Positions 16,006 through 16,006 of a stretch of 16,006 nt of DNA are shown here, piece after piece. The first letter of the stretch is position 1. Each line of letters starts with the position of its first letter. Source of the stretch: Candidatus Krumholzibacteriia bacterium (GTDB lineage Bacteria; Krumholzibacteriota; Krumholzibacteriia; LZORAL124-64-63); assembly GCA_036351155.1 (NCBI GenBank), contig JAZBOO010000222.1, positions 1-16,006 on the forward strand. Reading direction: 5' to 3'. A model generated the notes under the pieces. The model was not told where the DNA came from. It ran no database searches and saw nothing but the letters and a program-made list of their open reading frames with translations. Both the position numbers and the translations under genes were made by a program.

Positions 16006-16006
16006 G

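Noticed and set aside
1..16006. CRISPR array, tRNA/rRNA, transposase or integrase
   Set aside because: No regularly spaced direct repeats, no cloverleaf or rRNA-like sequence, and no recombinase motifs seen in any ORF.

Overview
Accessory region of a GC-rich bacterium. The C-terminal (W/F)GxxKSxYR motif and an SprA-like protein suggest the FCB group, e.g. Krumholzibacteriota or Latescibacterota (inference). It holds about 20 functionally unrelated genes, all on the minus strand except 5175-5621, often joined by NTGA start/stop overlaps. About 14 encode signal-peptide or lipoprotein products. The rest are DUF3667, DUF418-like and other membrane proteins, a RimJ/RimL GNAT, an ABM-type protein and a partial beta-propeller protein. 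The content resembles integron cassettes, but I see no integrase and no repeated attC. The most striking feature is a ~250-nt rod-like imperfect palindrome at 4846-5093, in the only divergent intergenic region. It carries about nine G.U pairs that favour folding of the + strand, sits just downstream of an extended -10 promoter, and sequesters the start codon of a 20-aa hydrophobic ORF. Other points: two convergent proteins sharing a putative C-terminal sorting motif, a stand-alone SprA-domain lipoprotein, a TIMP-like gene beside an HExxH metallopeptidase, and a frameshifted paralogue. Family calls are from recalled motifs; no searches were run.
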